Shown here: one piece after another, positions 46,601-47,832 of the stretch
Position numbering within the stretch: the stretch's first letter is position 1
Layout: each line of letters starts with the position of its first letter
Source: Catajapyx aquilonaris
Taxonomy: Eukaryota
Direction of reading: 5' to 3'
Length of the DNA: 47,832 bases
Assembly: GCA_000934665.2 (NCBI GenBank)
Contig: KZ538779.1
Coordinates: 1 to 47,832 of the forward strand
Notes under the pieces: generated by a model
The model's input: the letters and a program-made list of their open reading frames with translations, nothing else
The model's database searches: none
What the model was told of the DNA's origin: nothing
Position numbers and translations under genes: made by a program

Positions 46601-47000
46601 CTTTGACACCCAGTTAAATTTTGTTGGGTTAGATGAGGACTTTATTGATTTCCCACCGGAAAAGACGGAAACCTACCACAAACACTGAGTCTTGTCAGGT
46701 AGACACGGACTTGGCTAGCGTTTGTGTGCTGAGGTCTCTTGTGTCCACAAAAGCCGCGTCACCTGCAAACGGTGTCATCGACACACTTGTGGCCGGCATG
46801 GACCTGGTTCCAAGGGGACAAAAATATGGTTGAAAATCAAGGCGGATCTATCTCTCTCAGAAATTGATATGCGTAAGACATGATCACAATAGACAGCCTT
46901 TCCGTTGCGGTAATGACCACCCGCATGCGACAAGAACCTATATTTCTTCTGGTAATTGTTAGATCCCATTATTGTTATCCTCTTTTTCTTCCACCTTACT
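37660..47000 (-). mobile_element. Near full-length, very ancient L1-clade element fragmented by later insertions
   Basis: Collinear minus-strand motifs: ORF1-like GRPRT and KRRMSF…RLRNTRY (46200-46410); EN-like AETHAIKKQGSVLIS (45290-45340); PSTLPTLK…QITSS (43630-43690); RT-like FPSKLFNIF (~42300); ISRFAGPMTYVF…TGYRL…GVLYLG (41190-41520, resembling SLFADD…SGY…KYLG); AAWEPLRK…WNSNPFLP (39330-39420); NRCGGASG…H (~37920-37955); SWK*SAPTS…WF (~37765-37810). Confidence 0.6.
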
Positions 47001-47244
47001 CCCCCGTCAACGTCGCGGGAACAATTCGCAGCTGGGGTAACTAGAAGGGCTTTTGACAGGTGACACTGTATGACAATATCAGACACAAGCAGGGGGATGT
47101 GAAAAGAAAGGGGCTGCTCGTGTCGTTAGTGATAAATAGCACATGATGTATAGACTGATAGTTTATTTATTAGCCTCGACTATAATTTGCTTCATGAATT
47201 ATGCCCTGATTTAGGGAAGCTGTAAAAAGAACCTTATTTATTTA

Positions 47245-47340
47245 TCGACACTCTTTCCACTTGATAATAAGACCTGGTCCAGGAATCGAACAGTGGACCT
47301 CAGAGGTGGAAAGCTGTGGCGATAACCACTATTGTGAGGC
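47245..47340 (-). mobile_element. tRNA-derived SINE 5' head (decayed)
   Basis: Minus strand reads tagtggttatcgccacagctttccacctctgaggtccactGTTCGATTCCtggaccaggtc…gtggaaagagt. A-box-like TAGTGG (47326-47331) and B box (47282-47291) sit at tRNA spacing, but there is no complete cloverleaf. Confidence 0.65.
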
Positions 47341-47832
47341 ACGCCCAATAAAATAATCAATGCGACCGATATACATGCCAACTTTTGATAAATAGTCGCC
47401 TACATGAAGTCAGCCACATATTTGACAAATACACCATCTTCACTCCCTATAGTTCATCGATTTGCTGGTCAATAATGTGCTATTTCATCTTGCCACGGCA
47501 ATTCTTTTGAAACATTCATTTATATGATTACCGGCAGAGTATGTGGATGTCGATATGTAGGGCAGCGTACGAGTCTTTATGACAAATCGATTCTCATTAA
47601 ACCTTTAAATGTCCTTTAAAAGTCGTGCAATAAAAAAGGTCACACTGCAGTAAAGGTCAATTAGGAAAGCCTATTGCTAACGTAGTTCACCGTTATTATT
47701 GTTTCAGGCCCTTTTTTCTTCTCCTTTGCCATCCTCTTAGGGCCGGGTGCACCAGTCGCGGTAGAAATGCGGCGTACAAGATTTACCGATAACGGAGGGA
47801 TCTCCGTAAAAATGATTTACCGACGGTGAATC

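Noticed and set aside
78..47086. The many short ORFs of the six-frame track as host genes
   Set aside because: All are under 160 aa, many start at non-ATG codons, they overlap on both strands and none resembles a host protein. The informative ones are TE remnants.
47271..47340. Functional tRNA gene
   Set aside because: A and B boxes are present but there is no acceptor stem or T-run terminator, and the sequence continues into SINE-like body.
3400..47832. BAMBI exons expected from human synteny
   Set aside because: No CYCD or AAVIAVP-type BAMBI peptide was seen in the ORF track or by eye.

Overview
This is animal (eukaryotic) genomic DNA, roughly 40-42% GC by eye. It has microsatellites, homopolymer-flanked assembly gaps and no operon-like coding density. 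The only host coding sequence I can support is the last coding exon of WAC (1278-1353, +, (R)[24 protein letters not shown]), which the ORF track misses, followed by a probable ~2 kb 3' UTR. The remaining ~44 kb is intergenic and mostly transposon debris. It holds several very decayed L1-clade LINEs, two of which can be followed in domain order on the minus strand (~21.2-25.6 kb and ~37.7-47.0 kb). It also holds a young 2-kb element with ~300-bp terminal inverted repeats and a broken Academ-like transposase start, two MITEs sitting in (CA)n tracts that share a TIR/(CCTAA)n layout, a Tigger4/Zombi-like MITE, a piggyBac-like end, a tRNA-derived SINE head, and weaker Gypsy, CR1, RTE and Penelope fragments. 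Notable fine structure includes an excess of TA-(N3/4)-TA motifs that look like stacked transposon excision footprints, and a 74-bp spacerless palindrome. I find no CRISPR array, rRNA, functional tRNA or clearly new multi-gene system. Family assignments rest on remembered motifs and need database confirmation, and LINE boundaries are approximate.
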